Part shown: positions 23,073 to 32,921 of the stretch, piece by piece
Layout of the letters: every line of letters begins with the position of its first letter
How positions within the stretch are numbered: the first letter of the stretch is position 1
Origin: an uncultured Clostridia bacterium
GTDB lineage: Bacteria; Bacillota; Clostridia; Oscillospirales; Ruminococcaceae
DNA: 64,000 bases
Assembly (NCBI GenBank): GCA_947625615.1
Contig: CANQPB010000006.1
Location: 22,652 to 86,651, forward strand
Direction of reading: 5' to 3'
Translations under genes and position numbers: made by a program
Notes under the pieces: model-generated
What the model was told of the DNA's origin: nothing
The model's database searches: none
Seen by the model: only the letters and a program-made list of their open reading frames with translations

Positions 23073-24302
23073 ATGACAGTCAAAAAAATTATGCAGATCT
23101 TCCGCGACACCGCCTACGTCCGCACGGGCGGCTCCGCCGAGGAGCTTAAATGCGCGGAGTATCTCGTTTCGAAGTGCGCCGAAATAGGCGTTGAGGCGAA
23201 AATCCTGCCATTTAAGGTAGACATGGCCGAAATGAGGCGCGCCGAGCTTTATATCGACGGCAAGCCGACGGCATGCCGCGGATATCTTTTGTGCGGCTCG
23301 GGAGAAGCCGAGGCCGAGATTTATTATTTAAGGAACACCGACGCCTATTCCCTTTCGCAGTGCCGCGGAAAAATAGTCATGCTCGACGGCTACCTCGGCT
23401 ACTGGACATATCAGGACATAGTGGACAACGGCGCCGTGGGATTCATCACCTACAGCGGAAACGCCAACTATTCCGACAGCGAGATCGACCTCAGAGAGCT
23501 TCGCAGCTATGTCTCGAACGGCAGAAAGATCCTCGGCGTGAACATAAACGCAAAAAGCGCGATTTCGATAATCAACGGCGGCGCAAAGACCGCAAAAATA
23601 GTCATCGAGCAGGACGAGCATGAGGGCGAAAGCCGAAACGTCGTGGCCGAGATAAAGGGCGAGACCGACGAAACCGTGGTTTTCACCGCGCACTACGATT
23701 CCACCTTCCTCTCGCAGGGGGCCTACGACAACATGTCGGGCAGCGTGGGAATTCTCGCCGCGGCGGAATATTTCGCAAAAAATCCCCCGAGATGCAGCCT
23801 GAGGTTTATCTGGTGCGGCTCGGAGGAGCGCGGGCTTCTGGGCTCGAAGGCCTACACCGCCTCTCTTTCCGAGGAGGAGCTTAAAAAGATAGTTCTCAAC
23901 ATCAATCTCGACATGATAGGCTGCATTATGGGCAGATTCATCGCCTGCTGCTCGGCCGAGGAAAAATTGGTTCACTACATAGAATACTTCGCGGCTCAGC
24001 GCGGCTTCGGAATTTCCGCCCGTACAGGCGTTTACTCGAGCGATTCCACACCCTTTGCCGACAAGGGAGTGCCCAGCTTAAGCTTTGCCCGCCTCGCCCC
24101 CGAAAACACCGCGACTATCCACAATTCATATGACACCCTTAAGGTGATGAACGGCCGCCAGATGGCTAAGGATATAGATTTTATAGTCGCGTTTGCGGAA
24201 TCCATGGCGAACGGCGCAAAATGCCCCGTCGACCGGGAGATACCCGAGGACGTCAAGAAAAAACTCGATTACTACCTCTTCCGCGAGCGGGAGAAAAAGT
24301 AA
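23073..24302 (+). CDS. M28-family metallopeptidase (aminopeptidase-like)
   Basis: FTAHYDS...YDNMSGSVG...CGSEERGLLGS metal-ligand motifs. The ATG at 23073 follows AGGAGG. The upstream part of the ORF-track entry overlaps comM and was discarded. Confidence 0.75.
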   Translation: MTVKKIMQIFRDTAYVRTGGSAEELKCAEYLVSKCAEIGVEAKILPFKVDMAEMRRAELYIDGKPTACRGYLLCGSGEAEAEIYYLRNTDAYSLSQCRGKIVMLDGYLGYWTYQDIVDNGAVGFITYSGNANYSDSEIDLRELRSYVSNGRKILGVNINAKSAISIINGGAKTAKIVIEQDEHEGESRNVVAEIKGETDETVVFTAHYDSTFLSQGAYDNMSGSVGILAAAEYFAKNPPRCSLRFIWCGSEERGLLGSKAYTASLSEEELKKIVLNINLDMIGCIMGRFIACCSAEEKLVHYIEYFAAQRGFGISARTGVYSSDSTPFADKGVPSLSFARLAPENTATIHNSYDTLKVMNGRQMAKDIDFIVAFAESMANGAKCPVDREIPEDVKKKLDYYLFREREKK

Positions 24303-24391
24303 ATCTGTTCTCAGGCCCGGAGCGCTTAGCCCCGGGTCTTATTTTATCAAAAAAGGCGCCTCCCCGCGGGGGGAAGCGCCCGATTTTACTG

Positions 24392-26116
24392 TCAGAAGCC
24401 CAGCTTTGCCTTGAAATCTGCGGCGATGACGTCGCTTAAAGCCTTGGCCTCATCGTGGGTGGCGCCCACGGTGGTGTAATAGGCCTTTATCTTGGGCTCG
24501 GTGCCGGACGGGCGGATTATGACCGAAGCGCCGTTTTCAAGCCTGAACTGAATGACGTCGGACTTCGGCAGGGTGATCTCGCTTACCTTGCCGGTGAGAA
24601 TGTCGGTGTCGGTCTTCTTTTCGTAATCGGCGAGGCCGACGACCTTATAGCCTGCAATCTCGCCGAAGGGCTCGGCGTGAAGCCTTGCCATTAGCTCCGC
24701 CATTTCGGCCATGCCGGCGGCGCCTTCACAGACGAAGTTTGCGATTCCGTGGTAGTAGTTGCCGTACTTTTTATACATCGCCTCGCGGGCCTCGAGCAGC
24801 GAGACGCCCTTGGAACGGTAGAACGCGGCCATTTCGCAGATCAGCATAGAGCCGATTACGGCGTCCTTGTCGCGGACGTAGGAGCCGCCGAGGTAGCCGT
24901 AGCTTTCCTCGAAGCCGAAGATGAATCTGTCCTCCTCGCCGGCGGCCTCAAGATAGCCTATCTGCTCGCCGATGAATTTGAAGCCTGTGAGGACGTTTCT
25001 GAGCTCTACGCCGTATTCGCGGGCTATCGCCGCGGCAATGTCGGTGGAGACTATCGACTTTATCGCGACGGGATTCTTGGGCATGGTGCCGAGGGCTATT
25101 CTCTCGCGGCATATGTATTCCAAAAGCATGGCGCCCACTTCGTTGCCGGTGAACAGAACATAGTCGCCCTTGCCGTCGGGAACGGCGATTCCGACGCGGT
25201 CGCAGTCGGGATCGGTCGCCAGAAGAAGATCTGGCTGAACCGTCTTGCAGAGCTTAAGGCCGCAGGCCAGAGCTTCCTTTATCTCGGGATTCGGGAAGGG
25301 GCAGGTGGGGAAATTGCCGTCGGGGTTTTCCTGCTCGGGAACGACGGTGACATCGGAAATGCCGACTTTTTTGAGTATCGCGCGAACCGGCTTGTTGCCC
25401 GTGCCGTTCAGGGGGGTGTATACCACCTTGAGGCCGCTCGTCGGGGTGACCTCGGGGTGTACCTGATGCTTCGCGACCTCGTCGAGGTAGTCGTCGATGA
25501 CCTTCTGGCCGATAAATTCAATCATGCCGGAGGCGAGGCCCTCGTCGAAGCCGACAAGCTTTGCTCCGCCGAACATGGGCACCTTTTCTATCGCGGCAAG
25601 GACTATGTCCGCGGCTTCGATCGTCATCTGGCAGCCGTCGGCGCCGTAGGCCTTGTAGCCGTTATATTTCGAGGGGTTGTGCGAAGCGGTGCAGACTATT
25701 CCCGCCTTGCAGCCGAGGTATCTTACCGCCCAGGAGAGCATCGGGGTGGGCATGAGCTCGGGATAGATATAAGCCTTGATTCCGTTTCCGGCGAGCACCC
25801 TTGCGGCCTCGCGGGCAAAGACATCGGACTTGATCCTTGAATCGTAGGCAATGGCGACGGCCTTGTCGCCGTCCTTGAACGCGCCGTTCACATAGTCGGC
25901 GAGGCCCTGCGTGGCCCTGCGAATGGTGTAGATGTTAAGGCGATAGGTGCCCGCGCCGATTACGCCGCGAAGTCCGCCGGTGCCGAATTCAAGGTCGCGG
26001 TAGAAGCGGTCTTTTATGGCCTCCTCGTCCCCCTCTACCGACCTGAGCTCCGCGATAAGATCGGGATCCTCGGTGGCGTTTTCAAGCCAAAGCTTATAAA
26101 GTTCCATTTCTCTCAT
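24392..26116 (-). CDS. phosphoglucomutase / phosphomannomutase family protein
   Basis: The active-site loop is CTASHNPSKYNGYK. There are four alpha-D-phosphohexomutase domains. The start was trimmed to MREMELYKLW. Confidence 0.9.
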   Translation of the reverse strand: MREMELYKLWLENATEDPDLIAELRSVEGDEEAIKDRFYRDLEFGTGGLRGVIGAGTYRLNIYTIRRATQGLADYVNGAFKDGDKAVAIAYDSRIKSDVFAREAARVLAGNGIKAYIYPELMPTPMLSWAVRYLGCKAGIVCTASHNPSKYNGYKAYGADGCQMTIEAADIVLAAIEKVPMFGGAKLVGFDEGLASGMIEFIGQKVIDDYLDEVAKHQVHPEVTPTSGLKVVYTPLNGTGNKPVRAILKKVGISDVTVVPEQENPDGNFPTCPFPNPEIKEALACGLKLCKTVQPDLLLATDPDCDRVGIAVPDGKGDYVLFTGNEVGAMLLEYICRERIALGTMPKNPVAIKSIVSTDIAAAIAREYGVELRNVLTGFKFIGEQIGYLEAAGEEDRFIFGFEESYGYLGGSYVRDKDAVIGSMLICEMAAFYRSKGVSLLEAREAMYKKYGNYYHGIANFVCEGAAGMAEMAELMARLHAEPFGEIAGYKVVGLADYEKKTDTDILTGKVSEITLPKSDVIQFRLENGASVIIRPSGTEPKIKAYYTTVGATHDEAKALSDVIAADFKAKLGF

Positions 26117-26242
26117 ATTATATAACTCCTTTCGGTGTGATATTGTACTGAATTGATTATACAACATTGTGCACAGAATTTCAATAGCCGCCGGAGAAAT
26201 TTTTTATCTGTAAAAATTTTTGAAATACCCACTCCCAAAAAC

Positions 26243-26524
26243 AAAAAGTTTTCGCCGGCCTTTTTCAAAAGGCCGCGGGGGTCTCGGGGGCGGAGCCCAC
26301 GAGCCGCGATCGCAATCGCGGAATCCTATACGTCAGGCGCTCCGCAAGGGGTGAATTGCAAAAACAGTCCGGTGGACTGTTTTTGCAAGAGGGGACGCCC
26401 TGAAAGAGAGGGCGTCCCTTTTTTGCGGCGCGGCGACGCGTCGCAGCACGGAAAAGGGCGCGGGGAAAACCCCGCAGGGGATTGTCCCCGCTTTGCCGAG
26501 CGCAACGCGAGGCAAATAAAAAAT
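26243..26524 (+). repeat. family-A modular GC-rich intergenic element, copy A1
   Basis: It starts AAAAAGTTTTCGCCGGCCTTTTTCAAAAGGCCG and ends CCCCGCTTTGCCGAGC..GCGAGGCAAATAAAAAA. The interior is a string of hairpins, including CAGTCCGGTGGACTG. Confidence 0.7.
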
Positions 26525-26599
26525 GCATCTTGTACTAAAGGGTGTCCCCTTTTAAACGCCTCTCCCCCTGCCCCCCGAAAAAAATTATCAAAAAAATTG

Positions 26600-26650
26600 T
26601 TGACATTTCAACCAAAGCGTGCTATACTGTCAATGTTGACTTGTCAACAA
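26600..26650 (+). promoter_or_regulatory. marR-family gene promoter with overlapping palindromic operator
   Basis: TTGACA (26600-26605), 17 nt, then TATACT (26623-26628). This is followed by GTCAATGTTGAC and TTGACTTGTCAA, overlapping inverted repeats at 26629-26650. Confidence 0.6.
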
Positions 26651-26673
26651 TATTTTTGCAAAGGAGCGTCTCT

Positions 26674-27201
26674 ATGCTTGAACGCTTTGAAATGTTCACA
26701 AACTGCATCTATGAAATCCAGCGCTGCTGGAATAAAATAGCCGCCGACGGTATGGAATACTACGGCCTCAAAGGCTCGCACGCGCTCTACCTTATAGCGA
26801 TGTACCGCCGCCCCGAAGGGGTGACGGCCACGCAGCTCGGCGTGCTCTGCGGGCGGGATAAGGCCGACATTTCCCGGGCCGTCGCGGTCTTGGAATCAAA
26901 GGGCATGCTGACAAAGCAGGCGGGGTCGTCGAATTTATACCGCGCAAAGCTCGTTCTGACGGAATACGGCAGGGCGATAACCGAAAGCATCGTGAAAAAG
27001 GCGGTTATTGCCGAGCAGATATCCGGCGCAGGGCTCACCACCGCCGAGCGGGATACCCTCTACCGCGCGCTGTATAAGGTCTCAAAGAATATGCAGGCCC
27101 TCTGCGAAACGGGCATTCCGCAGACCGCGGAGAGCGAATCCCCCGCAGAACCTCAGCCCGCGGAGGACGGCCCGGCAAAGCTTGCCGCCGCCGAGACGTA
27201 A
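26674..27201 (+). CDS. MarR-family transcriptional regulator
   Basis: The winged HTH reads VTATQLGVLCGRDKADISRAVAVLESKGMLTKQ. The ATG at 26674 follows AAGGAG. Confidence 0.8.
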   Translation: MLERFEMFTNCIYEIQRCWNKIAADGMEYYGLKGSHALYLIAMYRRPEGVTATQLGVLCGRDKADISRAVAVLESKGMLTKQAGSSNLYRAKLVLTEYGRAITESIVKKAVIAEQISGAGLTTAERDTLYRALYKVSKNMQALCETGIPQTAESESPAEPQPAEDGPAKLAAAET

Positions 27202-27213
27202 AGGAGAGATATC

Positions 27214-28056
27214 ATGATAAAAATAGTTCTTGATTCCTCGGCCGATCTCGCGCCGGGGCTGCGTGAAAAATTCGAGTGGATAAACCTGCCGGTGTTCTTC
27301 GGCGAGGAGAAATATATCGACGGCGTAAACCTTACGCACAAGGAATTTTACGAAAAGCTGACGTCGAGCAAAGATCTGCCGAAGACGAGCCAGGCCGCGC
27401 CCTTTGAATTCTCCGAGCTGTTTCAAAGAATCACCTCGGCGGGCGACGAGGCCGTGGTGCTGACCATTTCAAAGAAGCTTTCGGGGACTTACCAGAGCGC
27501 GGCCATCGCCGCCGGAGATTTTCCCGGAAAAGTGCATGTAGTCGACGCCGAGACGGTGACCATAGGCACCGGGGTGCTCGCGGAATATGCCCTTGAGCTC
27601 GCCGAAAAGGCCGAGAGCGGCGCACAGCTCGCCGAAATGCTGGAGGCCGAAAAGAAAAGAGTGCGGCTCGTGGCTTTGGTAGACACCCTTGAATATCTCA
27701 GAAAGGGCGGGAGGATCTCGAAAACGGTGGCGTTTGCCGGCGAGCTTCTCTCCTTCAAGCCGGTCATCGCGGTGGCGGACGGCGAAGTTAAGCTTTTGGG
27801 CAAGGCAAGGGGCGCAAAGGCGGGAGACAACCTTTTGGAGCAGGAGATAAAAAAGGCGGGCGGCGTTGATTTTTCCAAGCCGGTGCTTTTGGGATATTCC
27901 GGCACGGACAACTCAAAGCTGCGCAGCTATGTCGAGGATTTCTCCACCCTGTGGCAGGGCCATTCCGAGGCGCTGAGAGCCTCGGAGATAGGCTGCGTTG
28001 TCGGCACCCACGCCGGCCCCGGCGCCATAGCCGCGGCGTTTTTCGCGGCGGAGTGA
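27214..28056 (+). CDS. DegV-family fatty-acid-binding protein
   Basis: MIKIVLDSSADL...TSQAAP...LSGTYQSA...HAGPGAI, typical DegV motifs. 280 aa. Confidence 0.85.
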   Translation: MIKIVLDSSADLAPGLREKFEWINLPVFFGEEKYIDGVNLTHKEFYEKLTSSKDLPKTSQAAPFEFSELFQRITSAGDEAVVLTISKKLSGTYQSAAIAAGDFPGKVHVVDAETVTIGTGVLAEYALELAEKAESGAQLAEMLEAEKKRVRLVALVDTLEYLRKGGRISKTVAFAGELLSFKPVIAVADGEVKLLGKARGAKAGDNLLEQEIKKAGGVDFSKPVLLGYSGTDNSKLRSYVEDFSTLWQGHSEALRASEIGCVVGTHAGPGAIAAAFFAAE

Positions 28057-28088
28057 TAAGGATTTACATATAGGCCCCTATATATTAA

Positions 28089-28211
28089 GGAGGCGTCCAT
28101 TTTTCGCACATTATCAGAAATATTCAGATGCGCCGCCGCAGGCGGCACCCTGAAATTCCGATATCCGACTTTTAACATCTGGTTTCTTGACGCGGCCAAA
28201 GCCGCATCAAG
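28089..28211 (+). repeat. family-B ~125-nt intergenic element, copy B1
   Basis: GGAGGCGTCCATTTTTCGCACATTAT... then the GCCGCCGCAGGCGGC hairpin, then CTGAAA plus five 7-nt units, then the CTTGACGCGGCC..GCCGCATCAAG hairpin. Confidence 0.7.
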
Positions 28212-28286
28212 AATTTATCCCCCTTTCATAGCAGTGTGCGCTTAAACATGCAAAAAGCAGACGGTTTCCGTCTGCTTTTTGCCGTT

Positions 28287-29000
28287 TTATACCGTGAATT
28301 CCGCCGTCCAGCTTCCGCTGACGTCAAGATCCTGATCGCCTTTGCGGGATATCCTGAAGCTTTCAAGGTTGAGCGTGTAGGTGCCGCTTTTCAGCACCTC
28401 CTCCGATTCGGTGAAAAACACCTCCCTGAAATCCGGCTCGGCGTCTGGGTTGACGTATTTTCTGCGGTGCGTGACGACGGCGGTGTATTCCATGCTGCCG
28501 TCGGCGTTTTCCGAAAAACGCTGCTCTATAACGTCGGCCCTGTCGTCGGTGGGCGTATAGCCCTCGGGGATCGCCCTTAAAAATTTCTCGTCCGGCTCGT
28601 CGGTCACGACGACTTTCCCATCAGAATCGCTGACCGAATAGCTCAGCGCGGTTATCCGGCTGCCGTTAAGGTCGATTTTCGAGGACGGGTCGGTCTTTTC
28701 GACAGAAAGCTCGATCCCGTTTGCGCCGAGCCGCAAAACGCTCACCTTAAAGTCGTCCGTGGCGTCGCCGAAGTATTCCTGGCCGGTGACGGTGCCGAAG
28801 ACGTTCTTGACGTCTATTAAACCGCCGCCCGCCGCTATCGCCGTCGCAAGCGCCGCGCATACCGCAACCGCCGCGGCTGCAGCGGCTATTTTAGGCAGTC
28901 TGCGGGGCTTGGGCGCGGCCTTTTCTCTTATAGAGGCGGTCTCCGCCGCCGCGCTTAGGGAAATGTTATCCAAAGCGTCGCTTAATAAATTTTTATTCAT
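28287..29000 (-). CDS. membrane-anchored hypothetical protein, probable anti-sigma partner of the adjacent ECF sigma
   Basis: It starts 2 nt after the sigma gene stop. It has a single TM (IAAAAAAVAVCAALATAIAAGG). I recognise no conserved domain. Confidence 0.45.
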   Translation of the reverse strand: MNKNLLSDALDNISLSAAAETASIREKAAPKPRRLPKIAAAAAAVAVCAALATAIAAGGGLIDVKNVFGTVTGQEYFGDATDDFKVSVLRLGANGIELSVEKTDPSSKIDLNGSRITALSYSVSDSDGKVVVTDEPDEKFLRAIPEGYTPTDDRADVIEQRFSENADGSMEYTAVVTHRRKYVNPDAEPDFREVFFTESEEVLKSGTYTLNLESFRISRKGDQDLDVSGSWTAEFTV

Positions 29001-29001
29001 A

Positions 29002-29559
29002 TTATATTATGCACTCCTTTTCAAGATAGGCTTTCAGGCTCAGCCTGGCGCGCCTTAAAACCGTTTTCGCGTTGGTGACGCTTATACCGAGGTAATCCGC
29101 CACCGTCTTAACGGGGTCGCAGAAATAATATCTGCCGACAAAGGCCTGCCTTTGCAGAGGCGGCAAGGTGTTGAGCCAGTCGTTTATGGCCGAGGTGAGA
29201 AGCGAAAGCTCCGCCTCCTGCTCGGGGGTGCGGCCGTCGGAAAGGGCCGCGTCAAGTTCCTCGAGCGAAAGTGTGTAACCCGTGGGTCTGCGCTTTCGGC
29301 GGGTGCGCTTTCGAAGCGCGTCCACGGCGCACCGGCGGGTGAGCATGACAAGGTAAGCCCGAAGATCCTCCGGCCGCTGCGGCGGAATAGAATTCCACGC
29401 GCGCAAAAGAACGTCGTCAAGGCATTCCTCGCATTCGCCGAAATCGCCGAGGATATTATAGGCGATCTTTTTGAGATATCCGCCGTATTTCTGCCGCGCT
29501 TGCGAAAGCGACGATTCGTCGCGCTGCCAGAGCAGCTCCACGATCTGCTGATCCTGCAT
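29002..29559 (-). CDS. ECF-type RNA polymerase sigma-70 factor
   Basis: Region 2 (CEECLDDVLLRAWN) and region 4 (YYFCDPVKTVADYLGISVTNAKTVLRRARLSLKAYL). Confidence 0.85.
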   Translation of the reverse strand: MQDQQIVELLWQRDESSLSQARQKYGGYLKKIAYNILGDFGECEECLDDVLLRAWNSIPPQRPEDLRAYLVMLTRRCAVDALRKRTRRKRRPTGYTLSLEELDAALSDGRTPEQEAELSLLTSAINDWLNTLPPLQRQAFVGRYYFCDPVKTVADYLGISVTNAKTVLRRARLSLKAYLEKECII

Positions 29560-29851
29560 AGATTTTTCCCGTCTTTCTTATGATGATTTTTAGGCGCCTG
29601 TCTTATATATCGTCGGTTTTTTGAAAAGGTTGCAGAAAAATTTTAACGCAGACCGGGAAAAATGTAAAGGGCGCAGATAAAAAGTTTTCGCCGCAAAGTC
29701 GAAGTTAATTACGGCACTTTCGATGCCTAAGCGCAAAATGCTCTTGCAATCGGCGGCGGTTTATGATATTATACATGATAACAGACCGGCGGGCCGGCAT
29801 GCAAAAGGCCGCGCCTGCGCCCGGTTTTATTTTAAAAATTCAGGAGATACC

Positions 29852-31609
29852 ATGGAAAAGATTACAAAGATCCTCACCGAAACGGTTTCGGCGGCGTTTG
29901 AGAGCGCCGGCTACAGCCCCTCGCTCGGCGCCGTCTCGGTCTCAGACCGCACCGACCTCTGCCAGTTCCAGTGCAACGGGGCGCTTTCGGGAGCAAAGCT
30001 CTACCACAAGGCTCCCATGCTCATCGCCGGCGACGTCGTCGCCATTCTCTCAAACAATCCTGCGTTCTCCCTCGCAAAAGCCGTCCCCCCGGGATTTATT
30101 AACCTCTCGCTGACCGATGAATTCCTCGCCGGGATAGTGAACGAAATCTCCGCCGATCCCTGCCTCGGCGTCCCTCAGGTTGAGAAGCCCGAGACCGTCG
30201 TTATAGACTACGGCGGGCCGAACGTCGCAAAGGCGCTTCACATAGGCCACCTGCGCTCGGCCATAATCGGCGAATCCTTAAAGCGCACCGCCCGTGCCAC
30301 CGGCCGAAAAGTCTTCGGCGACGTTCACTTCGGCGATTGGGGCACCCCCTACGGCCTCACTATAGCGGAGTATAAGGTGCGCCACCCCGATTGGCCCTGC
30401 TTCCGCGAGGACTTCGACCCCGAAAAGGACGTCATACCCGAAATCGACGAGGCCGAGATGAACGAAATTTACCCCTGCGCTTCCTTAAAGAGCAAATCCG
30501 ACGAGGAATTCAAGCTGATATCCCGGCAGACCGTCGTGGATCTTCAGAACAGGAAAAAGGGCGTTTACGATCTCTGGAAAAAGATTAAGGACGTCTCGGT
30601 GAAAAGCGTTCGGAGGATATACGAAAAGCTGGGCGTAGACTTCGACGTCTGGTACGGCGAGTCCGATTCCGACTGCTACACCCCCGAGCTTATAAATATC
30701 CTCACCGAAAAGGGGCTTTTGCATGAAAGCGAGGGCGCGCAGGTGGTAGACGTGGCCGAGGAGGGCGACAAAATAAGCGTTCCGCCTATTCTTGTGAAAA
30801 AGTCGGACGGCTCCTCCATCTACGCGACGTTCGACCTCGCAACAATAATCCAGCGCGAGCGCGACTTCAAGCCGGACAGGATATGGTACCTTACCGACAA
30901 GCGCCAGAGCCTGCATTTCATGCAGGTGTTCCGCTGCGCAAAAAAGGCGGGGCTCGTCCCGCCCGAGACGGAACTGAGGCACCTCGGCTTCGGCGCAATG
31001 ACCGGCCCCGACGGCAAGCCCTTCAAAACTCGCGACGGCGGGGTTATGCCGCTTGAAACGCTTATCGACACCGTCGAAAGCGCCGCCATGGATAAGCTTA
31101 AGGATTCCGAATACATCACCTCGGACAAGGAGGGCGCGGCAAGAAAGATCGGCATAGCCGCCCTGAAATTTGCCGACCTTTCCAACCAGCCGACAAAGGA
31201 CTACATCTTCGACCCCGACAAGTTCCTCTCCTTCGACGGCAAGACCGGCACCTATCTGCTTTATACCGTAACAAGGATAAACTCTATACTCAAAAAGGCG
31301 GGGATAGGCTACGACGACGTTTTGGAGTATAAAAAAATAAGCTCTGAGGGCGAGCGCGGCCTTGCGCTTCTGATAGCCCTGAGCGGCGAAAGCTATGAAC
31401 GCGCCTTTGAGGACATGAACCCCGCGGCGCTCTGCGACAGCGCCTACGGCATAGCCTCGGCGTTCTCAAGATTTTACCACGACAACAGAATCCTCACCGA
31501 GGAGGACGCCGAAAAGCGCCTCAACTGGCTCGGGCTATGCTCGGTGACAAGAAGGGTGCTTGTAAAGCTCCTCGACTGCCTCGGCATCGAAGCCGTGGAG
31601 AATATGTGA
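29852..31609 (+). CDS. argS: arginine--tRNA ligase
   Basis: The HIGH motif reads NVAKALHIGHLRS. The class-I architecture and C-terminal anticodon-binding domain are present. The ATG at 29852 follows CAGGAG. The promoter is TTGCAA (29744)-17 nt-TATTAT (29767). Confidence 0.95.
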   Translation: MEKITKILTETVSAAFESAGYSPSLGAVSVSDRTDLCQFQCNGALSGAKLYHKAPMLIAGDVVAILSNNPAFSLAKAVPPGFINLSLTDEFLAGIVNEISADPCLGVPQVEKPETVVIDYGGPNVAKALHIGHLRSAIIGESLKRTARATGRKVFGDVHFGDWGTPYGLTIAEYKVRHPDWPCFREDFDPEKDVIPEIDEAEMNEIYPCASLKSKSDEEFKLISRQTVVDLQNRKKGVYDLWKKIKDVSVKSVRRIYEKLGVDFDVWYGESDSDCYTPELINILTEKGLLHESEGAQVVDVAEEGDKISVPPILVKKSDGSSIYATFDLATIIQRERDFKPDRIWYLTDKRQSLHFMQVFRCAKKAGLVPPETELRHLGFGAMTGPDGKPFKTRDGGVMPLETLIDTVESAAMDKLKDSEYITSDKEGAARKIGIAALKFADLSNQPTKDYIFDPDKFLSFDGKTGTYLLYTVTRINSILKKAGIGYDDVLEYKKISSEGERGLALLIALSGESYERAFEDMNPAALCDSAYGIASAFSRFYHDNRILTEEDAEKRLNWLGLCSVTRRVLVKLLDCLGIEAVENM

Positions 31610-31662
31610 GCAAATATCCCTCATAGCGTATTATTAAAGCGGCATGACTGTCATGCCGCTTT

Positions 31663-32430
31663 TTATCTGCCCTGGGCCCTCAGCGCCGAAAGCACTATCC
31701 CCGCTGCCACGCCGACGTTCAGCGATTCCACGCAGGGCTCGAGGTCTATTCTCACCGCCGCGTCGGAGGCTGCAAGAAGCTCTTTTGAAACGCCGACGGT
31801 CTCGTTGCCAAAGATGACCGCAGTCTTTTTCCCCGAAAATTTTTTCGCGGCCTCGCCGAGGGCGACGCTCCCGTAAGACGACGTTGAAATAACGGCATAT
31901 CCCGAGCTCTTTAATAATCCCGCAAGCCGCCCGGCAGGAATGTTTTCATAGCGTATTCCGAGCGCCGTCCCCCGCGATGCGCCTACGATGTTTTTGTAGT
32001 AGATGTCGTTTGCGGTGTTCGTGAGAATGACGTTTTTGAACCCGAACGCCGCGGCCGTGCGGATTATGGTGCCGATATTTCCGTGATCTCTGACGTCGTC
32101 AAGGATCACCGCCGGCTCAGAAAGATCCGGCTCGGTTCCGGCGATCTTCGCGACGGTTATATAGGGGATCACCTGCGACGTGCCCGAGACCTTTTTGGAT
32201 ATCCCCTCCGACACCGAAAAAAGCTCCGCTCCCTCGGAAAACTCAAAAAGCTCCTGCGGCAGGGGCCGCGTGCAAAGAATGTATTCCGGCGTGCAAAGAG
32301 GGCTTTTTGCCCAGCGAACGCCATCCTCGCCGTATAGAACCACCCGCCCGGTCTCGCGGCGCACCTTGGGAAGGCAAAGCTCGCGCGCAAGCCGGATTTT
32401 TTCGTCTTTGATTGAGAGAAGCGCTTCCAA
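31663..32430 (-). CDS. TrmH/SpoU-family RNA 2'-O-methyltransferase
   Basis: SPOUT motifs DVRDHGNIGTIIRTAAAFG, FGNETVGVS and ESLNVGVAAGIVL. The start is TTG after GGAGG. Confidence 0.8.
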   Translation of the reverse strand: MEALLSIKDEKIRLARELCLPKVRRETGRVVLYGEDGVRWAKSPLCTPEYILCTRPLPQELFEFSEGAELFSVSEGISKKVSGTSQVIPYITVAKIAGTEPDLSEPAVILDDVRDHGNIGTIIRTAAAFGFKNVILTNTANDIYYKNIVGASRGTALGIRYENIPAGRLAGLLKSSGYAVISTSSYGSVALGEAAKKFSGKKTAVIFGNETVGVSKELLAASDAAVRIDLEPCVESLNVGVAAGIVLSALRAQGR

Positions 32431-32584
32431 TGGCTCCGCCTCCTTTCGGTTTGATCCTCATATCATTATGACAGCTTCGGCGCCGAAAAGGTTGGAAAGC
32501 CGGGGCGCCGAACGGATCAACTAAAGGATAGCATGCCGCTCGGGGAAATATCAATAACTCATAAAGTGAGCGCGGCTCAACAGC

Positions 32585-32835
32585 CGGGAGAGCGGAGTTC
32601 TCGAATTTATCTCCGCGCGCATTATTTAAATATGTCGCCGAAGGCGACACCTTGAAACTCTGACTTCCGATTTCTGACTTCTGTCTTCTTGACGCGGCCT
32701 GATGGCCGCATCAAGGCCGCATGGGAGTGTCCATTCCGCACGCATTATTAAAAAAATTTAAATATGTCGCCGAAGGCGACACCTTGAAATTCTATCTTCT
32801 AATTTCTAACTTCTATCTTCTTGATGTGGCCGCAT
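32585..32835 (+). repeat. family-B element, two tandem copies (B2a 32585-32714, B2b 32722-32835)
   Basis: Both contain ATATGTCGCCGAAGGCGACACCTTGAAA plus five 7-nt units and TCTTCTTGAYG. Confidence 0.75.
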
Positions 32836-32842
32836 CTGCTAC

Positions 32843-32871
32843 TTGACAAAGCCGGCGCGCGGGGGTAAAAT
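32843..32871 (+). promoter_or_regulatory. putative trkH promoter
   Basis: TTGACA (32843-32848), 17 nt, then TAAAAT (32866-32871). Confidence 0.5.
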
Positions 32872-32921
32872 ATACCTATCCGGCCAAAGCATGTAAACGC
32901 CGGAGCATAATATGCAGGAGC

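Noticed and set aside
29744-29851. I looked for a T-box leader or attenuator upstream of argS. There is a GC-rich hairpin followed by TTTTATTTT at about 29785-29833.
   Set aside because: The leader from the predicted TSS is only about 70 nt, far too short for a T-box. The stem pairs imperfectly when checked by hand. I cannot distinguish an attenuator from incidental structure without folding software.
32872-32921. A possible c-di-AMP (ydaO/kimA-type) riboswitch ahead of trkH/trkA.
   Set aside because: The leader between the predicted -10 and the start codon is only about 50 nt, and none of the pseudo-two-fold ACGR motifs are visible.
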